The notes: generated by a model from the sequence alone, not told the origin. Counted from the first letter of the stretch, positions 38,511-49,352 are shown. The stretch is DNA of 64,000 nucleotides from an uncultured delta proteobacterium (GCA_963767925.1 CAVYGB010000010.1:1344001-1408000); one strand, 5' to 3'. Translations and numbers: made by a program.

Positions 38511-39182
38511 GTCTTTGTACCGGCGCCTTGCAGGAAGAGATCGACGAGAAACGCGGCCCGATCTCGCAGCCGCTCCTTGCGGCCGGTACCGACCCGGCCG
38601 CGCAAGAACCCAAAGATGCTCCCGCAGAACGCCAGCGTGACCTCCTCGAGGGGGAGGTCCTTGCGCACGAGCCCGGCCCGTACGGCGTCCGCGAAGATGC
38701 TCTCGTAAAATTGCAGGATAGCGGGTGCGCATCCGCTCGACCCCCGGGCCGCAGGCCTTGCGCACGGCCTGGGCGGCGTGGCCCCCGATCTGCTCGAACA
38801 TCATGCAGATGGAGGCGTTTGCCTCCATGTAATCGAAGGTCGCCTCGGTGACCCGCTGCAGGCGCTCGCGCGGGTCGCCGGCCTGCTCGGCAATGCCCTG
38901 GAGCCCGGCCCAGAACTCGTCGGCCCGGTGCTCGATGAGCGCGCGGAACAGACTCTCCTTGCTGTCGAAGTAGTTGTACAACGTGCCCGCGGCCAGCCCG
39001 GCCCCCTGGGCGATCTTCGCGATCTTGGCGTCGGCGAAGCCCTCCGCGCGGAAGATCTTCTCCGCCGAGTCCAGGATCGCCCGGCGGAACACCGCCGCCA
39101 CCGCGCCGCGCAAGGAGGCGCGGGCGGGTCGGGCGACGGTCTTGCGAGCCGTGGTCCGCGACGAAAGCCTGTTCACAGCCAT
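38507..39182 (-). CDS. TetR/AcrR family regulator, one frameshift near 38717
   Basis: AILDSAEKIF...IAQGAGLAAGTLYNYFDSKESLF; removing one C restores YLQFYESIFADAVRAGLVRKD...LFLQGAGTKT*, whose stop overlaps the tolC ATG. Confidence 0.88.
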
Positions 39183-39197
39183 GAACCGTGGTTCATG
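39180..39197. promoter_or_regulatory. putative TetR operator overlapping the tetR start codon
   Basis: Perfect palindrome CATGAACC-GT-GGTTCATG. Confidence 0.7.
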
Positions 39198-39399
39198 TAG
39201 CGGACGGATCGATTCGTGGTCAACGAGGGCCGGCGCTGGTTTCACCCCGAAACCCGGGGCTTCCAGGTGTGCGCCTGATCAATTCCGACGGGGGAAGCCT
39301 GGAACTGCGACCGGCCCGATCGAGACGCACGCTGTGGGCGCGGGTGAGCGGCCGAGAGTCCGCGGAGCCGAGCGCGCGCGGCTCCGCTCGCGGGTGGCC

Positions 39400-40230
39400 T
39401 CAGTCGAGAAAGAGGTCGGGCAGGAACTCGCGGTTGCCCGGCACGACGGCGTAGACGTCGAAGTCGGTGACCCCCTCGGCGCGCAGGACGTCCTCGTCGA
39501 GGTAGGTGTTACCGGTGTGCTGGCGGGCGTCCCGCCCGAAGATGGCGTGGGCGGCGTCGGCGACGATCTCGGGCTTGCGGCAGAGCTTGGGGTCCACCAT
39601 CGGCAGCAGGGCCAGGGCGGCGGTGAGGATCACGGTGCGCGGCCAGAGGGCGTTGACCCCGATGCCGTCGTCGCGAAACTCCGCCGCCATCCCGAGCGCG
39701 CACATGCTCATGCCGTATTTGGAGAGGGTGTAGGCGACGTTGCCCCGCAGCCAGCGGGGGTCGAGGTTGAGGGGGGGCGACAGGTTGAGGATGTGGGGGT
39801 TGCGGCCGGCCCGCGCCGATTGCTGCAGGTGGGGCAGGCAGGCCTGCGAGCAGCAGAAGGTGCCGCGGGCGTTGACCCCCAGCATCAGATCGAAGCGCTT
39901 CATGGGGGTGCCCAGGGTGCCGGTCAGGTTGATCGCGCTGGCGTTGTTGACCAGGATGTCGATCCCCCCGAAGTGGTCCGCGCAGCGCTTCACGGCCGCC
40001 GCGACGGCGGCGTCATCCCGGATGTCGACCGCCAGGGCCAGGGCCTTGCCCCCGGCCGCCTCGACCTCCTCGGCGGCGCTGTGGATGGTCCCGGGCAGCT
40101 TGGGGTGGGGCTCGGTGGTCTTGGCGGCGATGGCCACGTTGGCCCCGTCGCGCGCAGCGCGTTTGGCGATGGCCAACCCGATCCCCCGCGAAGCCCCGGT
40201 GATGAAAAGCGTCTTGCCTTGTAACCCCAT
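39400..40230 (-). CDS. short-chain dehydrogenase/reductase (HSDL2/AtuG-like)
   Basis: ITGASRGIG, AAKTTEPHPKLPGTIHSAA, NNASAI, YTLSK, NALWPRT. Confidence 0.92.
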   Translation of the reverse strand: MGLQGKTLFITGASRGIGLAIAKRAARDGANVAIAAKTTEPHPKLPGTIHSAAEEVEAAGGKALALAVDIRDDAAVAAAVKRCADHFGGIDILVNNASAINLTGTLGTPMKRFDLMLGVNARGTFCCSQACLPHLQQSARAGRNPHILNLSPPLNLDPRWLRGNVAYTLSKYGMSMCALGMAAEFRDDGIGVNALWPRTVILTAALALLPMVDPKLCRKPEIVADAAHAIFGRDARQHTGNTYLDEDVLRAEGVTDFDVYAVVPGNREFLPDLFLD

Positions 40231-40264
40231 GCCAGTGGGATATTAGGCTCCGCAAAGGAAAGGT

Positions 40265-40917
40265 TTGGAAACCGAAAACGGCGAGGTTGAGTTTTTCGGG
40301 ACCGAGACCATGGCGGAGCTCTGCGCGAAGCAGGGCCGCCTGGCCGAGGCCCTGGGCATCTACCGTCAGCTCATCGAGGGCCGTCCCTCGGACGACCGGC
40401 GCTCGATGTGGACCGCGCGGTACCACTCCTTGCAGCGGGCGGTGGGGTACGCCCGGGGTGAAGCGGGGGGCAGCAAGCAGCCCCCCCGCTGCCGCCGCGG
40501 GTGCGGCCGGCCGCCGGCGCCATCCCGCCGGTGCCGGCGGCCCCCGACCGGGCGGCCTGGGAGGCGCTGGCCCAGGCCGCGCAGGTCCACCGCCTGCCCT
40601 TGCTGATCACCCAGCCGGTGCGCTCGGGCCAGGTGGTGCGGGCGGAGAAGAACGACCTCATCGTGCTGGGGGCGGTGAACTCCGGGGCCCAGCTCGTGGC
40701 CGACGGGAACATCCACGTCTACGGCCCCCTGCGCGGCCAGGCCATCGCCGGGGCCATGGGGTGCGCCCAGGCCCGCATCTTTTGCCAGAAGCTCGAGGCC
40801 GAGCTGGTGGCGATCAACGGCATCTACCTCATCCACGAGGACATCCCCCCCGAATACCTGGGCGGCCAGGCCCAGGTCTTCCTGCAAGACGACCGCTGCT
40901 TGATCGATCGCCTCTGA
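40265..40917 (+). CDS. minC: MinC C-terminal domain protein with TPR-like N-terminus, frameshift at a C7 run (40481-40487)
   Basis: C-terminal PVRSGQVV...DLIVLGAVNSGAQLVADGNIHVYGPLRGQAIAG...ARIFCQKLEAELVAING; N-terminal TETMAELCAKQGRLAEALGIYRQL. Confidence 0.75.
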
Positions 40918-40944
40918 CGGGGGACCGGGACGAGGACGCCGCCG

Positions 40945-42891
40945 CTACTCGGCGGCTTCCTTCTGGACGGGGACGGGTGGGGTCTCGGGGGTGTCGGCGG
41001 AGGCGGGCGCCAGGCGGGAGAGGAGGCGGGCGCCGGTGGTTGTGATCTCGTCGTGCAGGAAGCGGACGCGGGGCTCGGCCCGCTCGAGGTGGCGCTCGAG
41101 CCAGGGGCGGCGGTCGGGGTGGCGCTGGCTCTGCTCGAGCAGGACCTCGGCGATCAGCTCGTCGGCCAGGACGCGGGTGAGCCGCTCGGCGTGCAGCAAG
41201 GCCAGGGAGAAGTCGCGCCGGGGGTCGAGCGGGGAGCGGAGCGCGCCCGGCCAGCGGGTGAGCGGCTGGCTGCTGACCGCCTTGACCTTGGCCGCCACCG
41301 TGCGGGTCGTGAGGTGCTGCTGCGCCGACAGGGAGAGCTGCTGCAGGCGGGCCACCCGCCGCTCGAGCGCGTCGCGCGCCGAGAGGGCCCGCCAGCGGAC
41401 CTGGGCCGAGCGGCGCACGAAGGCCTGCGGCTGCTTCATGATGCCGCCCAGGGTGTCCTTGACCGCCATGAGAGCCTGGATCTGGCTGGTGCCCTCGTAG
41501 ATCGGCATCACCAGGGCGTCGCGCAGGAGCTTCTCTGCCCCGAACTCGCGCATGTAGCCGTTGCCCCCGTGGATCTGCAGGCCCCGGCGGGCGATCTCGA
41601 CGGCCTTCTCGGCCGAGAGGTACTTGAGCAGCGGGGTGGCCCGCCGGGCGATGGCCTTGTGGCTGCGCGCCTCGCGCTCGAGGCCCCCGGCCGACCCGTT
41701 GCTGGGCGGCAGGAAGCGCCCGTAGTGGGCCATCTTGTGGGCCACCTCGTCGTGGAAGGCGGCGTGCATCGCCAGGGCCCGCAGCCCAACGATGTCGCTC
41801 TCCATCTCGTCGAGGTAGTCGGCGATCATCTCGTGCCGGTCGATGGTCTTGCCCATCGACCGCCGCTCGGCCGCGTAGTCGCGGGCCAGGCGATAGGCCG
41901 CCTCGCACAGGCCGATCGACTGGAACCCCACGCCGATGCGGGCGTGGTTCATGATCTCGAGCATGTGCCGGAAGCCGTCGCCCGGGCGGCCCACCAGCTC
42001 GGCGGGGGCCCGGTCGAAGGTGACGGCCATGGTGGCCGAGCCGTGATGGCCCAGCTTCTCCTCGACCCGGTCGAGGGTGGCGAACCGGGTGCGGGCGCCG
42101 TCGGGGCCCTCCTGGTAGGCGGGCACCAGGAACAGCGAAAGGCCCTGCAGGCCGCCCTTGGCCTGGGGCCCGTCGCTCCGGGCGATCACGAAGTGATACT
42201 TGCCGTGGCCCGAGGTGATGAAGATCTTCTGGCCGCTGATCCGCCAGCGGGCGTCCGGGCCCTCGCCCTCCAGCTCGGCCCGGGTGCGCAGGGCGGCCAT
42301 GTCGCTGCCGGCATCGGGCTCGGTGATGTCCATGCTGCCCCAGGCCCGCCCGGCGGCGATCTCCCGGATCGGCTCGGCCCAGCGGGTGCCCAGCACCCGG
42401 CCGGTGGCGGGGTCGAGCGCGGTCGTCCCCTCGAGCTGCGACAGCGCGAGCATGAAGTTGGCCATCCCGCCGTGGAACCCGAAGTGGCTCATGAGGGCGG
42501 CGTCGCCGCGGGCGATCATCTCGCCGGCCACGAAGTAGAGCAGCATGGGGGCGTTGAGCCCGCCCAGCTCGCGCGGCAACACCAGGCCGTGCAGGCCCAT
42601 CTCCGTCACCTGGCGGCAGATGCCCTCGACGCGGGGGCCGAAGTGGGCCTCCCCGCCGGAGAAGGTGATGCCCTCCCGGTCGATCTCGGCCCGGTAGGGC
42701 CCCACCTCGTCGGCGGTCAGCTCGCCCACGAGGGTGGCCGTCTCCCGGTAGAAGGCCAGCGCCTCCGCCGTGCTGGCGAAGCCCTCGCGGCCGTTCTGAC
42801 CGCGTTCGGTGAGGCGGACCAGGACGTCCCAGTCGATGCCCCGCTCGAGGTAGTACTGCAGATCCGGGTTGTCCAGCAGGAAGCTCGCCAT
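40945..42891 (-). CDS. acyl-CoA dehydrogenase
   Basis: MDITEPDAGSD, GQKIFITSG, EEKLGHHGSAT, QIHGGNGY, PIYEGTSQIQ. Confidence 0.95.
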   Translation of the reverse strand: MASFLLDNPDLQYYLERGIDWDVLVRLTERGQNGREGFASTAEALAFYRETATLVGELTADEVGPYRAEIDREGITFSGGEAHFGPRVEGICRQVTEMGLHGLVLPRELGGLNAPMLLYFVAGEMIARGDAALMSHFGFHGGMANFMLALSQLEGTTALDPATGRVLGTRWAEPIREIAAGRAWGSMDITEPDAGSDMAALRTRAELEGEGPDARWRISGQKIFITSGHGKYHFVIARSDGPQAKGGLQGLSLFLVPAYQEGPDGARTRFATLDRVEEKLGHHGSATMAVTFDRAPAELVGRPGDGFRHMLEIMNHARIGVGFQSIGLCEAAYRLARDYAAERRSMGKTIDRHEMIADYLDEMESDIVGLRALAMHAAFHDEVAHKMAHYGRFLPPSNGSAGGLEREARSHKAIARRATPLLKYLSAEKAVEIARRGLQIHGGNGYMREFGAEKLLRDALVMPIYEGTSQIQALMAVKDTLGGIMKQPQAFVRRSAQVRWRALSARDALERRVARLQQLSLSAQQHLTTRTVAAKVKAVSSQPLTRWPGALRSPLDPRRDFSLALLHAERLTRVLADELIAEVLLEQSQRHPDRRPWLERHLERAEPRVRFLHDEITTTGARLLSRLAPASADTPETPPVPVQKEAAE

Positions 42892-42927
42892 GTCCCTCCC
42901 CTGTGCGCCTACCTTTAGGGTGGCAAA

Positions 42928-42946
42928 TACTGAACGGTGGTCAATA
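42928..42946 (-). promoter_or_regulatory. imperfect palindrome over a TTGACC -35 element upstream of the acyl-CoA dehydrogenase
   Basis: Minus strand TATTGAC-CACCG-TTCAGTA. Confidence 0.45.
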
Positions 42947-43015
42947 GAAACCCACCCGAAACCCGCCTGACGCGGCCCCGGCCCAGGGTAGCCGCTGCGC
43001 TTACCCGCGCCCCGC

Positions 43016-43660
43016 TTACCCGCGGGTGGCTTGCTGGCGCTTGACCAGCCGCTTCAGGACAGTGGCGGTCTTGGGATCGAGCTCGGTCACCTTGTTGAGC
43101 AAGGCCGCGTAGCCGGCGATCAGCAGCTCGCGCAGCGAGTCCCGGTCGAGCTCGGGGCGGGCGATCCACTCGAGGCAGGCCCCCTCCACCATGGCGATCC
43201 AGGAGCGGAGCGCCGCCCGCAGCATCGGCCGCGGCTTGCCGATGCCGAAGTCCTCCAGGAAGTAGCGCATGACCACCTCCCGGTGCTCCTCGAGGATCTT
43301 GCGGACCTCGGGGGCGATCGAGCCGCTGCGGTAGATGGCGGCGTACACGGCGCCGTGGCTCTGCACGTAGTTGAGGTGGGCGTCGACCGCGGCCCGCAGG
43401 CGGGCGGCGGGGGTCAGCCGGGGATCGGGCGCGGTCAGGCGGCGCAGCTCCTGCGAGGCGGCGCGCAGCACCTCCACGTAATACTCCCGCTTGCCCCCGA
43501 AGTAGTGGTACAGCAGCCCCTTCGAGATGCCCGCCTGCTCGGCCACGTCGTCGATCGAGATGTCCTCGTACGATCGGCTGGAGAACAGGCGCGTGCCGAG
43601 CTCGATGAGCTGAGCGCGACGCTCGTCGATCGGCAGGCGGACGCGGCGGGGGGCGGGCAT
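43016..43660 (-). CDS. TetR family transcriptional regulator
   Basis: RRAQLIELGTRLF...SIDDVAEQAGISKGLLYHYFGGK. Confidence 0.92.
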   Translation of the reverse strand: MPAPRRVRLPIDERRAQLIELGTRLFSSRSYEDISIDDVAEQAGISKGLLYHYFGGKREYYVEVLRAASQELRRLTAPDPRLTPAARLRAAVDAHLNYVQSHGAVYAAIYRSGSIAPEVRKILEEHREVVMRYFLEDFGIGKPRPMLRAALRSWIAMVEGACLEWIARPELDRDSLRELLIAGYAALLNKVTELDPKTATVLKRLVKRQQATRG

Positions 43661-43717
43661 GGGGACTGGCCGGTACATCGATATCATACGGCGCTCACCA
43701 CCGGGGGGCCCGCTGGT

Positions 43718-44332
43718 ATGGTTGCCCGCGTGCCAATCGATCTGGGGGTGGGGGCCTGGGTCGAGCAGGTGGGGGGCTTCGTGCCCGACCCGGAAGCCGC
43801 GGGCTGGGAGACGGCGCTGCGGGCCGAGCTGGCCTGGGAGCAGCGGGAGATCATGCTGTTCGGGCGGCGGGTGCTGCAGCCCCGCCTGATCGCCTGGGCC
43901 GGCGAGCTGCCCTACCGCTACTCGGGCCAGACGCTCCCGCCCCGGCCGGCAACCCCGGGCCTGCAGAGCCTCATCGATCGGGTCAACGCCCGCCAGGGGG
44001 CCACCTTCAACCACGTGCTGGCCAACCGCTACCGCGACGGGCAGGACAGCATGGGCTTTCACGCCGACGACGAGCCGGAGCTGGGGCCCGACCCGCTGGT
44101 GGCGACCCTCTCGTTCGGGGCCACCCGCACGCTGGTCGTGGTGCCGAAGCGCAAGCGCGACGGCGAGCGGCGGCGCTTCGCCCTGGCGGCGGGCGACCTG
44201 TTCGTCATGGGGGGCACCTGCCAGCGCCACTTCCACCACGGCATCCCCCGCGCCCCCGGGGTGCCGGGCGAGCGGATCAGCCTGACCTTCCGCCACCTCA
44301 CCCGCGCCCCGGCGGGCCGGGACGCTACTTGA
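43718..44332 (+). CDS. AlkB-family 2OG-Fe(II) dioxygenase (ALKBH2/3-like)
   Basis: QPRLIAWAG, NRYRDGQDSMGFHADDE, HGIPR, RISLTFR. Confidence 0.9.
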   Translation: MVARVPIDLGVGAWVEQVGGFVPDPEAAGWETALRAELAWEQREIMLFGRRVLQPRLIAWAGELPYRYSGQTLPPRPATPGLQSLIDRVNARQGATFNHVLANRYRDGQDSMGFHADDEPELGPDPLVATLSFGATRTLVVVPKRKRDGERRRFALAAGDLFVMGGTCQRHFHHGIPRAPGVPGERISLTFRHLTRAPAGRDAT

Positions 44333-45095
44333 GCGCCTGCTCGAGGCGGCTCATGGTGCGGGCGGCCATGGCCTGGCAGCGCTTCTCCTCGGGGGGATCG
44401 TACTTGTTGGGGGTCGCGCTCAGCACCTCCTGCAGCAGGCGGCGGGCCTCGGCGGGGCGGTCCTCGCGCAGGTGCAGCTCGGCCCAGAAGACCCGGCCGC
44501 GCAGGTTGCTCGGGTTGAGGGCCAGCGCCTTGCGAAAGTAGAGGGTGGCCTTCTCCTCGTCGTATTTGGGCCAGGGCAGCTTGGCGTAGTAGCTGCCCCA
44601 GGCCACCGGGATGGCCCCGTTGGCGTAGGTGGGATCGAAGCGCTCGGCGCGGCTGAGGCGCTGGCGGAACTTGCCCTCGATGCCCTGGGTGAGGGCGCGG
44701 ACGATGCCCAGGCCGAGGGCGTAGGCCCCCATGGCGGCCATGCCCCAGAACTGCGCGCCGACGTGGTTGGGGTTGATGGCCACCGCCCGCTCGGCGAGGT
44801 CCCAGCCCGTCTTGCCGAAGGTGACCCGGTCGGCCTTGGACAGCGCGGGATCGTCGCTCTTCCAGGCGTACCAGCGGGCCAGGCGCCAGATCACCCCGTA
44901 GTCGCCGGGCGCGCGGGCGAGCGCCTGATCGAGCAGGGTCTTCTGCTGGGCGAAGGCGGCAGGGTCGTCGCGCCGTTTCCACAGCTCGTCGACCCGGGTG
45001 GCCACCTCGGTGGGGCTCGCCGGCGCCTGGGCCCGGGCCCCGCCGGCGCTCAGCGAAATCGAGAGGAGCCCTGCCACAGCTACCGCGAGCCGCAT
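44325..45095 (-). CDS. exported TPR-like helical repeat protein
   Basis: Signal peptide ending ARA; AERAVAINP, YFRKALALNP repeats. Confidence 0.75.
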   Translation of the reverse strand: MRLAVAVAGLLSISLSAGGARAQAPASPTEVATRVDELWKRRDDPAAFAQQKTLLDQALARAPGDYGVIWRLARWYAWKSDDPALSKADRVTFGKTGWDLAERAVAINPNHVGAQFWGMAAMGAYALGLGIVRALTQGIEGKFRQRLSRAERFDPTYANGAIPVAWGSYYAKLPWPKYDEEKATLYFRKALALNPSNLRGRVFWAELHLREDRPAEARRLLQEVLSATPNKYDPPEEKRCQAMAARTMSRLEQALK

Positions 45096-45195
45096 CCGGG
45101 GACTATGCCACGGCCCCCGCCCGCGCGGCGTCCGGGCGCCGGATCGGTGTCAAAGCGCCGCGACCTCTGCGAAACTGGGCCCGAGGAGGCCAGGG

Positions 45196-46689
<1,494 letters not shown>

Positions 46690-46775
46690 CCGCCGGAGGG
46701 GCGGGCCGGGGCCGGGGCGCAAATGAACGGCGAGGGGGCCACGCCAGCGCCCAGGCGCGGCGGAAAACCCCGCCG

Positions 46776-46826
46776 GTACTTTGTACTGCAAAGTACTTGA
46801 CGTCGTCCCGAGCCGGGGGATAACGT
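46776..46826 (+). promoter_or_regulatory. operator palindrome abutting a sigma70-type promoter
   Basis: GTACTTTG-TACTG-CAAAGTAC (46776-96), then TTGACG (46797-802), 18-bp spacer, TAACGT (46821-26); ATG at 46834. Confidence 0.75.
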
Positions 46827-46833
46827 CGTCGCC

Positions 46834-47421
46834 ATGGGTCCTGCCCCGCGGCCTCTGCACTCCGAGGCCATGGAGAACCTGCGGTTCATCCGCCGGACCA
46901 TGGAGAGCGCGCGCTCCTTCACCGCCGTCCCCGGCTGGGGGCAGGTGGCGATGGGGCTGAGCGCGATCGCGGCGGCGGCTCTGGCCGACGCCCAGCCGGA
47001 CCGCGGGCGCTGGCTGGCGGTGTGGGTGGCCGAGGCGGTGCTGGCCGTCGCCCTCGGCGCGGTCGCGCTGGTGCGCAAGGCGCGGCGGGCGAACATCTCG
47101 ATGTCGTCGGGGCCGGCCCGCCGGTTCGGGCTGGCGCTGTTGCCGCCGCTGCTGGTGGGGGCGGTCATGACCGGGCTGCTGTTCCGGACCGGGACGGCGC
47201 GGGTGCTGCCCGCCCTCTGGCTGCTCTGTTACGGGGCCGGCATCACCACCGGCGGCGCCTTCTCGGTGCGGGCGGTCCCGCTCGAGGGCGTGTCGTTCAT
47301 GCTGCTGGGGGCGGCGGCGGCCTTCACGCCGGCCGCCTGGGGCGACCTCTGGATGGCGGGCGGCTTCGGCGTTTTGCAGATCGGCTTCGGCATCTACATC
47401 GCGCGGAGGCACGGTGGCTAG
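46834..47421 (+). CDS. integral membrane protein (about 6 TM), partner of the wHTH regulator
   Basis: AMENLRFIRRTME N-terminus; WLLCYG, GGFGVLQIGFG; hydrophobic throughout. Confidence 0.85.
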   Translation: MGPAPRPLHSEAMENLRFIRRTMESARSFTAVPGWGQVAMGLSAIAAAALADAQPDRGRWLAVWVAEAVLAVALGAVALVRKARRANISMSSGPARRFGLALLPPLLVGAVMTGLLFRTGTARVLPALWLLCYGAGITTGGAFSVRAVPLEGVSFMLLGAAAAFTPAAWGDLWMAGGFGVLQIGFGIYIARRHGG

Positions 47422-47821
47422 GGGGACGGCCCGCCGGCTGACCGTCGAGCCGCCGGGGGATCGGCCGCGCGATCCGGGCGCGGCAACCGCCAGCGGGAAG
47501 CGGGCGGCCCGGGCGGCGGCGCCGGCGGTGCTGCTGGATTGATTGATCCACGAGCGGCTGCGCCTGGCCATGGTGAGCGCGCTGGCCGCCAACCAGTCGA
47601 TGACCTTCCGCGAGCTCAAGGCCCTGCTCGGCACCACCGACGGCAACCTCAGCATCCACGCCCGCAAGCTGGAAGACGCCGGCTACGTCGAGTGCGCCAA
47701 GAGCTTCGTCGACCGCACGCCGCGCACCGAATATCGGCTGACCACGGCCGGCCGGCGGGCCCTCGAACGTTACCTCGACCACATGGAGGCCCTCATCCGG
47801 GCCGCGCGGGAGGGGACCTGA
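47414..47821 (+). CDS. winged-helix (MarR/ArsR-like) transcriptional regulator with in-frame TGA at 47540-47542
   Basis: GGAGG RBS and GTG 47414 in frame with [18 protein letters not shown]...[18 protein letters not shown]...PRTEYRLT. Confidence 0.8.
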
Positions 47822-47916
47822 GCGCCCGCGGACCGGACGGGCAGCAGCGGGGCCCGGCGGCTGCTCTGATCGACCCGGCCGGAGCGCCGGCCGTCTGGCT
47901 CATCTTCTGGAGATCG

Positions 47917-47933
47917 ACTCTATGACAGAAAGT
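47917..47933. promoter_or_regulatory. second, degenerate operator copy overlapping the uppS start
   Basis: ACTCT-ATGACAG-AAAGT versus ACTTT-GTACTGC-AAAGT at 46778-94. Confidence 0.55.
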
Positions 47934-48610
47934 GCTCTATCAGCCGAGGTGGCGCCGGGCGCCGGGATCCACGTCGCCATCATCATGGATGGCAACGGGC
48001 GCTGGGCCACCTGCCGCGGCCTGCCCCGCGCGGTCGGGCACCGGGCGGGGGCCAAGGCGGTCCGCCGCACGGTCGAGAGCGCGCCCGACCTCGGCATCGC
48101 CGCCCTCACCCTGTACGCCTTCTCCTCGGACAACTGGCAGCGGCCGCCCACCGAGGTCTCGGCGCTGATGACCCTGCTGTCCCGCTACCTGAAGGGCGAG
48201 GCGCCCCGCCTGGCGTCCAGCGGCGTTCGCCTGCAGGTGATCGGACGGCGCGATCGGCTCGCCCCGTCGCTCATCGCCGACATCGACCGGGCCGAGGCCC
48301 ACACCGCCGGGGGCGACCGCCTGGTCCTGCGGGTGGCGGTGGACTACTCGGCCCGCGACAGCATCCGCCGCGCGCTGGCCGCCCCCGAGCAGGCCAGCCT
48401 GCTGCCCGACGTGGATCTGCTGATCCGCACCGGGCGGGAGAAGCGCCTCTCGGACTTTCTCCTGTGGGAGTGCGCCTACGCGGAGCTGTGGTTCTCCGAC
48501 GTGTTGTGGCCCGACTTCGGCGCCGCCGACCTGCGCGCCGCCGTGGAAGACTTCCGCGCCCGCTCCCGCCGCTTCGGCGCCCTCGACCCCGCCCGGGCCC
48601 AGATTCTGAG
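47922..48610 (+). CDS. uppS: undecaprenyl diphosphate synthase (cis-prenyltransferase); natural stop unclear, reads through into the next gene
   Basis: [59 protein letters not shown]. Confidence 0.9.
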
Positions 48611-48683
48611 TCGCGCCGCCGCGGGGCGACCGGGCCCGGGCTGGTTGCACACGTTCGCCTACCGGTGTCCACTAGCCGGCACC

Positions 48684-49352
48684 ATGACGTCTCCAAGGCT
48701 GGCTGTGCTCGCTCTGTCTGTGTGCGTCGCCTGCAGCTCCGGGGACGGCGGCCCGCCCCGCGACGCGGGGGCGCGCGAGGCCGGGCCCATCGCCCCGCCG
48801 GCCCCGGGCAGCCCGGGCGAGATCCTGCACAACTTCGTGTTCGAGGTGCGCTGTCCCGAGGGCGCCACCGGCGCGTCGTGCGACGTGCCGGATGCCGAGC
48901 GGAACAAGGAGACCGATCCGATCCTGTTCGGCGGCGATCCCGCGGTCACCTACCGGGTCCGGCTGCGGATCTGCGGCGCGGTCGAGGGGCGCGAATACAG
49001 CGGGTGCCAGGCGGCCATGGCCGGCGGGCTGTTCTGCCCGGGGGGCAGCCTCGCCAGCACCGACGCCCTGTCGGACACCTACCCGAGCTACGAGATGAAG
49101 GTGTCGGCCCCGGCGCGGTCGTATTTTCTCAACAGCCGGCGGGCGCGCGACAGCGCCCTCCGCATCGAATACAGCGCCGAGCTCGACATCCAGGGCGGCG
49201 CCTCGATCGGCTTCGCCACGGCCAGCCGCACGCCGGCCACCGCGACGGCGCGCAGCGGCCCACACCTCTGCCCGGACGTCCCCGGCATCGAACAGCCCTT
49301 CGCCGGGCAGTTCATCCACTTCCAGGTCGAGTCGGTCACGCCGGCGCCCTGA
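48684..49352 (+). CDS. hypothetical Cys-containing lipoprotein
   Basis: [17 protein letters not shown] signal/lipobox; in frame with uppS in this sequence. Confidence 0.65.
   Translation: MTSPRLAVLALSVCVACSSGDGGPPRDAGAREAGPIAPPAPGSPGEILHNFVFEVRCPEGATGASCDVPDAERNKETDPILFGGDPAVTYRVRLRICGAVEGREYSGCQAAMAGGLFCPGGSLASTDALSDTYPSYEMKVSAPARSYFLNSRRARDSALRIEYSAELDIQGGASIGFATASRTPATATARSGPHLCPDVPGIEQPFAGQFIHFQVESVTPAP

Noticed and set aside
36177..39245. 1022-aa apparent TetR-TolC-MFP fusion in the ORF track
   Set aside because: Produced by frameshifts near 38717 and 37820. Correcting them gives three normal genes with ATGA overlaps.
47540..47542. Selenocysteine or alternative genetic code at the in-frame TGA
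   Set aside because: The position corresponds to Arg, not Cys or Trp; TGA ends many genes in this window; I saw no convincing SECIS.
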